64,000 nt of DNA from an uncultured Bacilli bacterium (GTDB taxonomy: Bacteria; Bacillota_I; Bacilli_A; RF39; UBA660). Shown in pieces: positions 9,285-18,944 of the stretch (positions are counted from its first letter, which is position 1; every line of letters starts with the position of its first letter). Below the pieces are notes generated by a model. The model ran no database searches. It saw nothing but the letters and a program-made list of their open reading frames with translations, and was not told the DNA's origin. The stretch is taken from contig CAKOKN010000004.1 in NCBI GenBank assembly GCA_934091055.1, positions 2,293 to 66,292 of the forward strand, given 5' to 3'. The translations under genes were made by a program, and so were the position numbers.

Positions 9285-9392
9285 TTCAACAACTCCCATC
9301 TATATAGTTTCTTTTACATAAAATAATATAATTATAATGAATTTACAAAGATATTATAGCATACTATCAGAACTTATGCAAGAACTTAAAAA

Positions 9393-9429
9393 GTAAAAAA
9401 AGAACCTAAAAGTTAAACTTTTAAGTTCT
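9393..9429 (-). terminator. Intrinsic terminator of rpsB-tsf
   Basis: A 12-bp stem (AGAACUUAAAAG / CUUUUAGGUUCU, with one G-U only in the minus-strand RNA) followed by a T7 run. Confidence 0.65.
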
Positions 9430-9435
9430 TAATAA

Positions 9436-10308
9436 TTATCCATTAATTTGTTTTGCTACTTCATCAGCAAAGTTTTCTTCTCTTTTTTCCATTCCTTCGC
9501 CAACTTCATATCTTACAAAAGATAATACTTTCATATTTTTGCTTTCTACATATTTAGATACTTTCATCTTATTTTCTTTAACAAATCCTTGATCTAATAA
9601 ACATACTTCTTCAAAGAATTTATTAAGTCTTCCATTTACAATCATAGGAAGTTTATTAGCGTCCAACCCTTCATTTTCTGCTTGTTCTGTTAAGATAGCT
9701 CTTTCTTTTTCTATTCTATCTTCTGGAACAGAATCCTTATCTAAATATAGTGGTCTCATAGCCGCAATTTGCATTGCTACATCTTTAGCAACTTCTTCAT
9801 CAGTACCTTCTAAAACTGCTAAAGTAACTATCTTTCCACCCATATGTGAATAAGTACCAAATACTTGATTATCTTGCTTTTCAACTAATTCAAATCTTCT
9901 AAAAGATAATTTTTCTCCTATAGTAGCAGTCTTATCTACTATCATATTTTCAATAGAAGTACCATTAACTTCTAATTTAACAGCATCTTCTACTGTACTA
10001 ACATTACTATTTAAAATAGCACTAGCAATATCATTTACTAAACCAGTAAATTCTGGATTTTTAGCAACAAAGTCAGTTTCTGAATTAACTTCAACTATAA
10101 CAGCTTTGTTTCCTTCTACTTTAGCAAGTGCAAGACCTTCAGCAGCTATTCTAGCTTGCTTTTTAGCAGCTTTACTAATACCTTTTTCTCTAAGCCAAGT
10201 AATAGCTTCTTCAATATTACCATTAGTTTCAGTAAGAGCCTTCTTACAATCTAACATACCTGCACCAGTTTGCTCTCTAAGTTCTTTTACCATACTTGCA
10301 GTAATCAT
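9436..10308 (-). CDS. tsf: Translation elongation factor Ts
   Basis: The N-terminus MITASMVKELREQTGAGMLDCKKAL is canonical for EF-Ts. It lies directly downstream of rpsB. Confidence 0.95.
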   Translation of the reverse strand: MITASMVKELREQTGAGMLDCKKALTETNGNIEEAITWLREKGISKAAKKQARIAAEGLALAKVEGNKAVIVEVNSETDFVAKNPEFTGLVNDIASAILNSNVSTVEDAVKLEVNGTSIENMIVDKTATIGEKLSFRRFELVEKQDNQVFGTYSHMGGKIVTLAVLEGTDEEVAKDVAMQIAAMRPLYLDKDSVPEDRIEKERAILTEQAENEGLDANKLPMIVNGRLNKFFEEVCLLDQGFVKENKMKVSKYVESKNMKVLSFVRYEVGEGMEKREENFADEVAKQING

Positions 10309-10319
10309 AGTATTCCTCC

Positions 10320-11234
10320 TTATTTTAAATTTTCAATTAATTCTTCTTTTTTCATTTTAGAGTAACCTTTAATTTCTTTCTTTTTAGCAAGGTCTCTAAG
10401 TTCAGCAACAGTTAAAATATTTAAATCTAATTCTGGCTTTTCTTCTTTAATTTCTTCTTTAACTGTTGTAGTCTCTTCTTTTTTCTCTTTCTTTGCAAAA
10501 GATTTTTCTTTTGATGGCTTTTTATCATCTTCACTTACATAATCAATTATAGTTCCACCATTAGCTTCAATAATAGCGTTTGTTAATGAACCAAGTACAA
10601 CTTTAATACTTCTAACAGCATCATCATTACCAGGAAGTACATAATCTACATCATCAGGATCACAATTAGTGTCAATAAGACCAAATACAGGAATACCAAG
10701 TTTACGAGCCTCTCTTATTGCATTATATTCTTTTGTAGAATCTACAATAATTACAGCTTGTGGTAACTTAGTCATTTCTCTAATTCCACATAAGTTCTTA
10801 TTTAATTTTTCATATTCTTTCTTTAATCCAACAACTTCTTTTTTAGGTAACTTATCAAAAGTTCCATCTTTTTCCATCTTTTCGATTTCTTCAAGACGGT
10901 TAACTCTTCTTCTGATTGTTCTAAAGTTTGTTAATGTACCGCCTAACCATCTTTCAGTCATATAGTACATATTACTTCTTTCTGCTTCTTCCTTGCATAC
11001 TTCTTGTGCTTGTTTCTTAGTACCAACATAAAGTACTTTTCCTCCATCAGCAGCTATTTTATTTAATGCTGCATAAGCTTCCTCTAACTTTTCTACTGTT
11101 TTTTGTAAGTCAATGATATAAATATCATCTCTAGAGTTATAAATATACTCTTTCATTTTTGGATTCCATCTTTTAGTTTGGTGACCAAAGTGAACTCCAG
11201 CTTCTAACAAATAGCTCATAGATACTACTGTCAT
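10320..11234 (-). CDS. rpsB: 30S ribosomal protein S2 with a C-terminal K/E-rich linker and Rho_N/HeH-like module
   Basis: S2 core ([19 protein letters not shown]...). The start was moved to the ATG preceded by AGGGAG; the listed ORF begins at an upstream TTG (11264). The last ~34 aa are [34 protein letters not shown]. Confidence 0.93.
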   Translation of the reverse strand: MTVVSMSYLLEAGVHFGHQTKRWNPKMKEYIYNSRDDIYIIDLQKTVEKLEEAYAALNKIAADGGKVLYVGTKKQAQEVCKEEAERSNMYYMTERWLGGTLTNFRTIRRRVNRLEEIEKMEKDGTFDKLPKKEVVGLKKEYEKLNKNLCGIREMTKLPQAVIIVDSTKEYNAIREARKLGIPVFGLIDTNCDPDDVDYVLPGNDDAVRSIKVVLGSLTNAIIEANGGTIIDYVSEDDKKPSKEKSFAKKEKKEETTTVKEEIKEEKPELDLNILTVAELRDLAKKKEIKGYSKMKKEELIENLK

Positions 11235-11345
11235 ATTATCATTCTCCCTTCGTTTTGCTTCCAAATACTTCTTACTTAAATTCCACCTATTGGCACTAGG
11301 AATTTGAGTCCATATTTGTGTATATTTTTTTGAAAAGCCACATAT

Positions 11346-11374
11346 ATAATATCATATTATGCTTTAAATGTAAA
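11346..11374 (-). promoter_or_regulatory. Putative sigma-A promoter of rpsB-tsf
   Basis: On the minus strand: TTTACA, a 17-nt spacer ending in TGA, then TATTAT. It lies about 110 nt upstream of the rpsB ATG. Confidence 0.45.
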
Positions 11375-11451
11375 CAATTTTACACTTTTTTATCCATTAA
11401 AGCAAAAGAAAAGAGTACTAACTTTTTAGTACTCTTAATAAATACTTTAAA

Positions 11452-12708
11452 TTATTTAATCTTTCTAGCTTCAAGATAATATCTCTTATCATAACTATGT
11501 CCCATTGAAAAAGTTTTTCTAGGAAGAGCTCCATCTAGTATTACAGTTCTAAATAGTTCTTCTTTAGGCATAGCATCAAATAAAATGCCTACATTACCTT
11601 CTTTACTACCCATACTTCTAGTAGTATCATCTCCGTGAATATAATCTATCTTTCCTTTATGTTCTTTTAAGTAATCATCTAAGAACATCTGTATAGATCC
11701 TACTGCTATATTAGATTTAGGATTAGTTATATATAATTTCTTATCACTATCTTTAGTAACAAGTTCAAAATATTGTCCTTCTCCATCTTCATTTATATCA
11801 TAATATTTATTTAATTCAGTAACAAAATTATCTACATCTACATCAAATACTACTCTATGTATTGCTTCAAATTCTAATGCTTCACTATGTAAATTAACTA
11901 ATTCAACTAAAGCATATCTAGAAGGATGATTTAAATATTCTTCTTCACTCATAGTCTTCTTTAAATTCTCATAATTAGCTTTAGCAGTAGCTAATGAATG
12001 ATTTCCATCACCCATAGCAAATAAAAGAATACCTTTATCTTTTACATTATATTTATTTTCAAAATAATCTCTATCAGTAAGACCTTCTAGTTTATCTATA
12101 ACTTCATCTATAGTCTCATCATTTAATTTATAGCCCTTAATATGGCCTCCATCTTTCATTAATTCAAAGTCATATACTTTATCTTCATCATTTACTTTAT
12201 TCTTAAGATTTTCTATTATTTCTTTCTTCTCATCATCTATAAGAATCATTATATGAGGAAGCTCTAAAAGTGCATTCTCTCTTACTTTTAATCTTGGAGG
12301 AATTCTCTCTATTACTGTTTTTTCAGTAGCTCTTATCAAAGTTTGAGAACCTTTTTCATAAGAATAATCTTCTAGATCAATCATTCCCATTAATCCTTCT
12401 CTAACTCTTCCATCCTTTTGTTTTCTCTCTAAGTATATCATTGTATTCTTATACTCTTCAAATATATCCTCATCAATATATTCTTTCATTGTAGCATTAA
12501 TCTTTTCTATTCTATTTGCTACATCTGATTCTTCTAAGAATATTTCTGGTAATGTTATTTTTAATGTTGAAGGATTATCTCCTACTATTTTATAAACATC
12601 ATCCCAATATTCCATCTCACTTGTGTATTGATCACACGCTACTACCGACCATTTAGTCATATCTACATTTTTAGGTAGTAATATATTTGCTCTTTTAAAT
12701 GGTATCAT
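11452..12708 (-). CDS. DUF1015 family protein
   Basis: 418 aa. The N-terminus (MIPFKRANILLPKNVDMTKWSVVACDQYTSE.EYW) is typical of DUF1015. Confidence 0.75.
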   Translation of the reverse strand: MIPFKRANILLPKNVDMTKWSVVACDQYTSEMEYWDDVYKIVGDNPSTLKITLPEIFLEESDVANRIEKINATMKEYIDEDIFEEYKNTMIYLERKQKDGRVREGLMGMIDLEDYSYEKGSQTLIRATEKTVIERIPPRLKVRENALLELPHIMILIDDEKKEIIENLKNKVNDEDKVYDFELMKDGGHIKGYKLNDETIDEVIDKLEGLTDRDYFENKYNVKDKGILLFAMGDGNHSLATAKANYENLKKTMSEEEYLNHPSRYALVELVNLHSEALEFEAIHRVVFDVDVDNFVTELNKYYDINEDGEGQYFELVTKDSDKKLYITNPKSNIAVGSIQMFLDDYLKEHKGKIDYIHGDDTTRSMGSKEGNVGILFDAMPKEELFRTVILDGALPRKTFSMGHSYDKRYYLEARKIK

Positions 12709-12778
12709 ATCATACCCTCCTTCTCATTTACTATACTAACACATTACATTTAAAAAGTAAACCCACTTTTACAGTGAG

Positions 12779-14230
12779 TTAATTAAATAATTTTAATACT
12801 TCTTCTCGATCATCAAAATGTGTTCTCTCCCCATTCTTCTCTTGATATGTTTCGTGCCCTTTTCCAAGTATTAAAATTATATCTCCTTCTTCAGCATTAT
12901 CTATAGCATACTTAATAGCTTCTCTACGATCTGGTATCTTAATATATTTACCATCGGTTTTTTTAATACCAACTTCTATATCATTAATTATATCATTAAC
13001 ATCTTCATATCTAGAATTATCTTCTGTTAAAATAGATAAATCAGCATATTTACCAGACACTTCCCCCATATCATATCTTCTATCTTTACTTCTATTACCA
13101 CCACAACCAAATAAACTAACTATTCTTTTAGGATTATATTTTCTCATTGTAGTAAGAATACTCTCAGTAGACACTCCATTATGAGCGTAATCAATAATTA
13201 CTGTATACTTCTTACTTACTGGAACTATCTCTACTCTACCTCTTACTGCTACTTTAGCTAAAGCATCTTTTATACTATCAATATTACATTCCAACAAAGT
13301 AGTAACTACTATAGCGCAAGCACTATTATACGCTGAAAACTCTCCTGGTGTATTTACTAAAAATACATCATTTACTATTCCAGAAGTCTTCATTTCAAGT
13401 CCAATAAAATGTTCTCTTCTCAATAACTCCACTTTATCAATAACTAAATTAGCATCTTTATTATGCCCAAATGTATATACCTTACAAGTACAATCTTTTA
13501 TCATTTCTTTATAATGAATATCATCTATATTAAATATACCATTCTTACACATTTTAAATAATAAACTCTTACAATATATATATTCTTCCATATTCTTGTG
13601 TTCATTATCCCCTATATGATCTTCACTCAAGTTAGTAAATACTCCATAATCAAACATCATACCATCTACTCGGCCTACCTTTAAAGCTTGTGATGATACT
13701 TCCATAACTAAGTATTTCACTCCATCTTTTACCATTTCTCTTAAATACTTTTGAATATCATAACTTTCAGGAGTTGTATTTACTGTACTATAGTGTTTAT
13801 CTCCAAAGAAAACACCCATAGTTCCAATTACTCCAACTTTTTTATTATCTTCTTCTAAAATGTTCTTTATCATAAATGAAGTAGTAGTCTTACCCTTTGT
13901 ACCAGTAATAGCAATAGTAGTTAATTCACTACTAGGATTATCAAAGTAATTTATAGCCAAACGGGATAAACTCTTTCTAGTATCTTCTAATTTTATTACA
14001 GTAACATCACTATCTATATTAATATCTTTTTGTACAATAATAGTATTTGCTCCACTCTCTATTGCCTTTTCAATATAATCGTGACCATCTACCGAAGCAC
14101 CAACTAAACAAATAAAAGCATCTTCTTTTCCTACTTTTCTAGAGTCATAAGAAATATTATTAACTTCTACTTCTATATCACCTTTAACAACCTCATATTT
14201 TATTCCAGATAATATCTTTATAAGTTTCAT
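12779..14230 (-). CDS. murE: UDP-N-acetylmuramoyl-L-alanyl-D-glutamate--2,6-diaminopimelate (or L-Lys) ligase
   Basis: Mur ligase P-loop is ITGTKGKTTT. Also DYAHN and a C-terminal EDNSR (a variant of DNPR that keeps the Arg, which favours meso-DAP). The start was moved to the ATG after AGGAGGG; the listed ORF begins at TTG 14248. Confidence 0.9.
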   Translation of the reverse strand: MKLIKILSGIKYEVVKGDIEVEVNNISYDSRKVGKEDAFICLVGASVDGHDYIEKAIESGANTIIVQKDINIDSDVTVIKLEDTRKSLSRLAINYFDNPSSELTTIAITGTKGKTTTSFMIKNILEEDNKKVGVIGTMGVFFGDKHYSTVNTTPESYDIQKYLREMVKDGVKYLVMEVSSQALKVGRVDGMMFDYGVFTNLSEDHIGDNEHKNMEEYIYCKSLLFKMCKNGIFNIDDIHYKEMIKDCTCKVYTFGHNKDANLVIDKVELLRREHFIGLEMKTSGIVNDVFLVNTPGEFSAYNSACAIVVTTLLECNIDSIKDALAKVAVRGRVEIVPVSKKYTVIIDYAHNGVSTESILTTMRKYNPKRIVSLFGCGGNRSKDRRYDMGEVSGKYADLSILTEDNSRYEDVNDIINDIEVGIKKTDGKYIKIPDRREAIKYAIDNAEEGDIILILGKGHETYQEKNGERTHFDDREEVLKLFN

Positions 14231-14240
14231 ATTTACCCTC

Positions 14241-15134
14241 CTAATCAAGTTTTACTTGTTCTATCTTCAACTCTTCTTTAAATATCTCCTTAAAATTAAC
14301 TAATTCTTTAGCAATAACATCAGGATATACAGCTTTAGTAGTTCTAACAGCATCATATATATTTTTAAAGTTTATTGTCCTTCTATTCTCATAAATAGCA
14401 TTAGAAAAACACTGTCTTAATATTACTAAAGCTATATCTGGATATCTAGATGATATCTCATATACTCTCTTAAATTCAGTAGTCATATTAACTATAAACT
14501 TCATTATCTTCTCTTTAATAAAATCAGTATAAGGAAGTACAACACCAGTTTGTTTTTCTAACTTAGGCAATGTCTGCATAAGTATCTCTACAGTCATCTC
14601 TTCAGTAGGTTCTGAAACATCTACCTTTTCAAATCTTCTTAAGAAAGCCTTATCTCTCATAATATACTTTTCATATTCATAAGTAGTTGTAGCACCTATC
14701 ATCTTAATAGTACCTCTACTTAATCCCTCTTTAAACATATTAGCAAGATCCAAAGCTCCTTGTGCATCATTACCTATCAATGTATGTATCTCATCTATAA
14801 ATAATATTACTTTTTCTCTATTCTTTAACTCTTCTACTAACTTTAATACTCTATTCTCTTCTCCATTAGTATTAATTAAAGCTGTTGTATTTACTCTATA
14901 TATAGTATACCCCTGTAAAGCTTCAGGAACTTCATTTCTTTGTATCCTATAAGCAAGTCCTTCTACAATAGCAGTCTTACCTATACCAGGTTTACCAACT
15001 AATACCGCTGACTTCTCTGGAGTTAACAATACCAATATTAATTTTTTAATTTCCTCATCCCTAGCTACTGCTGGATTAGTAATATAAGTAACATCAGTTA
15101 AATTATCCGAAAATCTATCTAAAATTGAATCCAT
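14241..15134 (-). CDS. Stand-alone AAA+ ATPase resembling the first nucleotide-binding domain (NBD1) of ClpA/ClpB/ClpC
   Basis: Walker A is GKPGIGKT and Walker B is ILFIDEIH. Sensor is GATT, and RRFEKVDV is also present. TAIVEGLAYRIQRNEVPEAL is collinear with Clp NBD1. There is no N-domain, middle domain or NBD2. The stop lies 10 nt before the murE ATG. Confidence 0.75.
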   Translation of the reverse strand: MDSILDRFSDNLTDVTYITNPAVARDEEIKKLILVLLTPEKSAVLVGKPGIGKTAIVEGLAYRIQRNEVPEALQGYTIYRVNTTALINTNGEENRVLKLVEELKNREKVILFIDEIHTLIGNDAQGALDLANMFKEGLSRGTIKMIGATTTYEYEKYIMRDKAFLRRFEKVDVSEPTEEMTVEILMQTLPKLEKQTGVVLPYTDFIKEKIMKFIVNMTTEFKRVYEISSRYPDIALVILRQCFSNAIYENRRTINFKNIYDAVRTTKAVYPDVIAKELVNFKEIFKEELKIEQVKLD

Positions 15135-15272
15135 TTATTTCACTCCTATCACAGCAAGAAATATTAAAACAGCCCCAGTAAGCATTAATGAAGACAAAAA
15201 TATCACATCAAAAAAGCCTCCACTAGTTCTCTTCCTATAATCATAATACATCTTATATTTCTTATTTGTCAT
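15135..15272 (-). CDS. 45-aa single-pass membrane peptide (not in ORF track)
   Basis: ATG is preceded by AGGAG. Sequence is MTNKKYKMYYDYRKRTSGGFFDVIFLSSLMLTGAVLIFLAVIGVK. Its TAA stop abuts the ATG of the AAA+ gene. Confidence 0.5.
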   Translation of the reverse strand: MTNKKYKMYYDYRKRTSGGFFDVIFLSSLMLTGAVLIFLAVIGVK

Positions 15273-15280
15273 AATATCTC

Positions 15281-15574
15281 CTAATATATATTTTTAATCT
15301 TATTTCTTATTTCTTCATTATCTATATCATTAATAACTTTTTCTAATTCCTGTCTCTTTTTATATAGTTTAAGCACTTGCTCATAAAAATATAACTTCTC
15401 TGTCGCTGACTTTACATTCTTATAAATAGCATTTCTACTCAAATCTTTATTTTCCCCTATTTCACCAAATGATAAATTATTAAAGTAATAATCTTCAAAA
15501 CATTCTCTTTGTTTATCACTTAATAATTCACCATAATAGTCATATAAAATTATTAAATAATCTCTCTCTTCCAT
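15281..15574 (-). CDS. ylxM: YlxM/UPF0122 family putative DNA-binding protein (SRP-operon associated)
   Basis: 97 aa with a sigma-70 region-4-like HTH (LSFGEIGENKDLSRNAIYKNVKSA). It lies downstream of ftsY. Confidence 0.8.
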   Translation of the reverse strand: MEERDYLIILYDYYGELLSDKQRECFEDYYFNNLSFGEIGENKDLSRNAIYKNVKSATEKLYFYEQVLKLYKKRQELEKVINDIDNEEIRNKIKNIY

Positions 15575-15903
15575 TAGATTACCTTCACTAAAGTATATAT
15601 AACTTCTATTACTATTAGAAGTACTCCAAGTCCAAATAGAACATATACCATTTTCTTTTTACTTTCATCTTCAAGATAATAATAACAAATACAAAATAGA
15701 AATAAAGAAAATGATATTAAAGCTGCTGGTATAAATACTTCATTTACTACTGCAAACCCTAGAAGTACTAAAAAGATTATACCAACTATTAATGATACTA
15801 CTAATTCTATCTTTTTTAGTTTCTCACTCTCTATTAACTTATACTTTTCTTTCTTCTTAGTTTTTTCTTTTTTAACACTCTTATTCATTTCTTCTTTTTT
15901 CAT
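15574..15903 (-). CDS. Small membrane protein (3 predicted TM helices)
   Basis: 109 aa with a Lys-rich N-terminus followed by hydrophobic helices. Its stop overlaps the ylxM ATG (TAATG). Confidence 0.5.
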   Translation of the reverse strand: MKKEEMNKSVKKEKTKKKEKYKLIESEKLKKIELVVSLIVGIIFLVLLGFAVVNEVFIPAALISFSLFLFCICYYYLEDESKKKMVYVLFGLGVLLIVIEVIYTLVKVI

Positions 15904-15927
15904 TTTAATATTCCTTTCTCTTCTTTT

Positions 15928-16890
15928 TTATAAATCTCTAAACAAACCATAAATATATTTTTCTATATCAAAGCTATCTAGATCATCAACTCCTTCACCC
16001 AATCCAATAAACTTAACAGGAATATCTACTTCTTCACGAATAGCAAGAACTATTCCTCCTTTAGCAGTTCCATCTAGTTTTGTTAAAACTATTCCTGTAA
16101 TATTAGTAACTTCATTAAAGGCCTTTGCTTGTGCTATACCATTTTGTCCTGTTGTAGCATCTACTACTAGTAATGTCTCATTAGGAGCTTCTGGTAAAAC
16201 CTTCTTTATAACATTATTTATCTTAGCAAGTTCTTGCATTAAATTAACTTTATTCTGTAATCTACCTGCAGTATCTATAAGAACAACATCATAATCTTCA
16301 TTAATAGCTTTGTTTACTCCATCATAAACAGCCGCTGAAGGATCTTTAGACTTAGTAGTAACTACATCACAATTTATTCTATTACCCCATTCAATAAGTT
16401 GTTCTATTGCTCCAGCTCTAAATGTATCCGCTGCTACAAGTAATACTTTCTTGCCATCTTTCTTCATCTTTGAAGCAATCTTTCCTATACTAGTAGTCTT
16501 ACCTACTCCATTAACACCAATAAATAATATTACCGTAGGTCCGTTATCACTATAATTAATCTTCGTATTAACTATTCCATTATTAACATACATTATAAGA
16601 AGTTCATCTACTATAACCTCCTTTAATATATTAGAATCCTTTATATTTTCTTCTTTAACCCTCTTCTTTAACTTATCTACAAACTTAACTACAGTATTAA
16701 CTCCAATATCTGACATTATTAAAATATTCTCTAATTCTTCAAAATAATCCTCATCTATATTCTTATATTTTTTTGATAAATTACTTAACTCTGTTGCAAA
16801 CTCTTTTCTAGTTTTAGTAAGTCCCTCTTCATACAAAGAAGCATCAGTATTCTTACTAAACACTTCTTTTATTTTATTAAATAAACCCAT
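15928..16890 (-). CDS. ftsY: Signal recognition particle receptor FtsY (short form, NG domain only)
   Basis: SRP-GTPase motifs are GVNGVGKTT, DTAGR, TKLDG and GLGEG. RBS is AAGGAGG. Confidence 0.93.
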   Translation of the reverse strand: MGLFNKIKEVFSKNTDASLYEEGLTKTRKEFATELSNLSKKYKNIDEDYFEELENILIMSDIGVNTVVKFVDKLKKRVKEENIKDSNILKEVIVDELLIMYVNNGIVNTKINYSDNGPTVILFIGVNGVGKTTSIGKIASKMKKDGKKVLLVAADTFRAGAIEQLIEWGNRINCDVVTTKSKDPSAAVYDGVNKAINEDYDVVLIDTAGRLQNKVNLMQELAKINNVIKKVLPEAPNETLLVVDATTGQNGIAQAKAFNEVTNITGIVLTKLDGTAKGGIVLAIREEVDIPVKFIGLGEGVDDLDSFDIEKYIYGLFRDL

Positions 16891-16900
16891 AAAGTCCTCC

Positions 16901-17254
16901 TTATTTTGTCATATTAATTTTCTTTACTCTCTTCTTTGGATTACTTATACTCTCCAAATGTATTAATTCTGATCTTAATTCATTCTTTCTAAATAAATAT
17001 CTATCCAAACTATTTTTCTCTCTAGCTAATGTTTTTACATCTTCATCTAATAATTCTTCATTTATATTTATCATATATCCACAATTAGGACACAATGTAT
17101 AAAACTGTTCTTTATACTCTCCATCATAATCTACTGATATTATTTCATAAACATTATCATTATCTAATTTTACTACATTACCACAAGAATTAGTTACATT
17201 TCTACTAAAAACAAATTCATCATCTTTTTCACATTTTATTAATTTACTATTCAT
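16901..17254 (-). CDS. Hypothetical protein with a possible zinc-binding motif
   Basis: 117 aa with a CPNCG motif and upstream Cys residues. It lies between rny and ftsY. Confidence 0.4.
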   Translation of the reverse strand: MNSKLIKCEKDDEFVFSRNVTNSCGNVVKLDNDNVYEIISVDYDGEYKEQFYTLCPNCGYMININEELLDEDVKTLAREKNSLDRYLFRKNELRSELIHLESISNPKKRVKKINMTK

Positions 17255-17316
17255 AATACTACATCCTTACTTCTAAAGTATAACATTTTTATATAGAATT
17301 GTAAATAAAAAAGAAA

Positions 17317-18870
17317 CTATTTTGCTTCTTCTTGAGCTCTAGTTTCTCTTATTACAGTAACTTTTATTGTACCAGGATATTTTAATTCACTTTCTATCTT
17401 CTCTTTTATTTGTCTAGCTATCTGATGAGCAGTTAAATCATCAATTTCTTCTGGTTTAACCATAACTCTAAGTTCTCTTCCTGCTTGAACAGCATAAGCT
17501 TTATCTACTCCTGGCATATTATTACCAATTTCCTCTAATTGCTCCAATCTCTGAATATAATTCTCTGAAGAATCATTTCTTGCTCCAGGACGAGAAGCAG
17601 ATATAGCATCTGCAATAGCTACAATTGAAGATATAACACTAGTTGGTTCTGTATCTCCGTGATGTGAAAGTATAGCATTAATTATAATTGGATCCTCTCC
17701 ATATTTCTTAGCTAAATCAGCACCAATCTTTACATGTGATCCTTCCATTTCAAAATCAATAGCTTTACCAATATCGTGTAATAGACCAGCTCTCTTAGCT
17801 AAATTAATATTTTCACCAAGTTCAGAAGCCAAAATACCAGATAAGTTAGCTACTTCCATAGAATGACTAAGAGCATTCTGTCCATAACTACTTCTAAAAT
17901 GAAGTTTACCTACTATCTCAACAAGTTCTGGATCCATCTTCGATAATCCAAGTTCATAAATAGCATTCTTACCATATTCACGAATTGCCTGTCTAACATC
18001 ACTGCAAGTTTTAGCATAAAGTTCTTCTATTCTAGCAGGATGTATTCTACCATCTTTTATAAGTGTCTCTAAAGTCAATCTAGCAATCTCTCTTCTTAAG
18101 GGATCAAAACTAGAAATAACTATAGCCTCTGGAGTATCATCAATAATCAAATCAACTCCTGTAACAGACTCTATTGTTCTAATATTTCTTCCTTCTCTTC
18201 CTATTAGACGACCTTTCATTTCATCATTTGGAAGAGTAATAACTGTTACTGTCTGCTCACTTGTTATATCAGCAGCATATTTCTGCATAGTACTAACTAA
18301 CAATTCTTTAGACTTCTCATCTACCTCTAATTTAGCTTCTGCTTCCATTTCTTTAATGTATGTAGCAAGCTCTTTATTCATCTTATCTTCAACTAATTTC
18401 ATAATAGCATCTTTTGCTTGCTCTTTTGTATATTTACTAATTTTTTCAAGTTCTTCAAGTTCTTTTCTTTTTATTTCTTCCATTTCTTCTTTTGTTTCTT
18501 GAATCTTTTGTTGCTTTTCAAGTAAATTACTTTCTCTCTCTTCTAGAGAATTTTCCCTATTCTGAAGAGCAACATCCCTACGATCCATATTATTTTCTCT
18601 CTGAAGTAATCTATCTTCTTGTCCTTTAATCTCACTTTTCTTCTCTTTGATTTCTTTATCTGCTTCCATTTTTAATTTATGGATTTCTTCTTTTGTTTCA
18701 AATAAAGATTCTCTTTTAATTTTATCAGCATCTTTTTTAGCTGTATCAATAATAGAATCAGCTTTTTTCTGATCACTTTTCTTCTTTAAAAAATTTATTA
18801 ATAATATAGTAACAAGTCCTACTATTAACCCAAGAACAAATAGTAAAATGGAGAAAACTGTCTCATTCAT
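17317..18870 (-). CDS. rny: Ribonuclease Y
   Basis: N-terminal TM, coiled coil, KH domain ([15 protein letters not shown]) and HD domain (HSMEVA...LLHDIGK). The start was moved to the ATG after GGAGGTG; the listed ORF begins at 18897. Confidence 0.93.
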   Translation of the reverse strand: MNETVFSILLFVLGLIVGLVTILLINFLKKKSDQKKADSIIDTAKKDADKIKRESLFETKEEIHKLKMEADKEIKEKKSEIKGQEDRLLQRENNMDRRDVALQNRENSLEERESNLLEKQQKIQETKEEMEEIKRKELEELEKISKYTKEQAKDAIMKLVEDKMNKELATYIKEMEAEAKLEVDEKSKELLVSTMQKYAADITSEQTVTVITLPNDEMKGRLIGREGRNIRTIESVTGVDLIIDDTPEAIVISSFDPLRREIARLTLETLIKDGRIHPARIEELYAKTCSDVRQAIREYGKNAIYELGLSKMDPELVEIVGKLHFRSSYGQNALSHSMEVANLSGILASELGENINLAKRAGLLHDIGKAIDFEMEGSHVKIGADLAKKYGEDPIIINAILSHHGDTEPTSVISSIVAIADAISASRPGARNDSSENYIQRLEQLEEIGNNMPGVDKAYAVQAGRELRVMVKPEEIDDLTAHQIARQIKEKIESELKYPGTIKVTVIRETRAQEEAK

Positions 18871-18944
18871 TAAAACACCTCCATTCTTAAAATACATTTA
18901 TAGAAAAAATCATTTAATTTAATTAATTTAAACTATACACTTTA

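Noticed and set aside
11235-11264. N-terminal extensions in the ORF track, for example rpsB from 11264, murE from 14248, rny from 18897, hemW from 36019, the 39540 start of the TasA-like gene, cotJC from 51100 and typA from 53559.
   Set aside because: These begin at upstream TTG, GTG or ATG codons without an SD. In each case an internal ATG follows a good SD at canonical spacing and restores the family-typical N-terminus.
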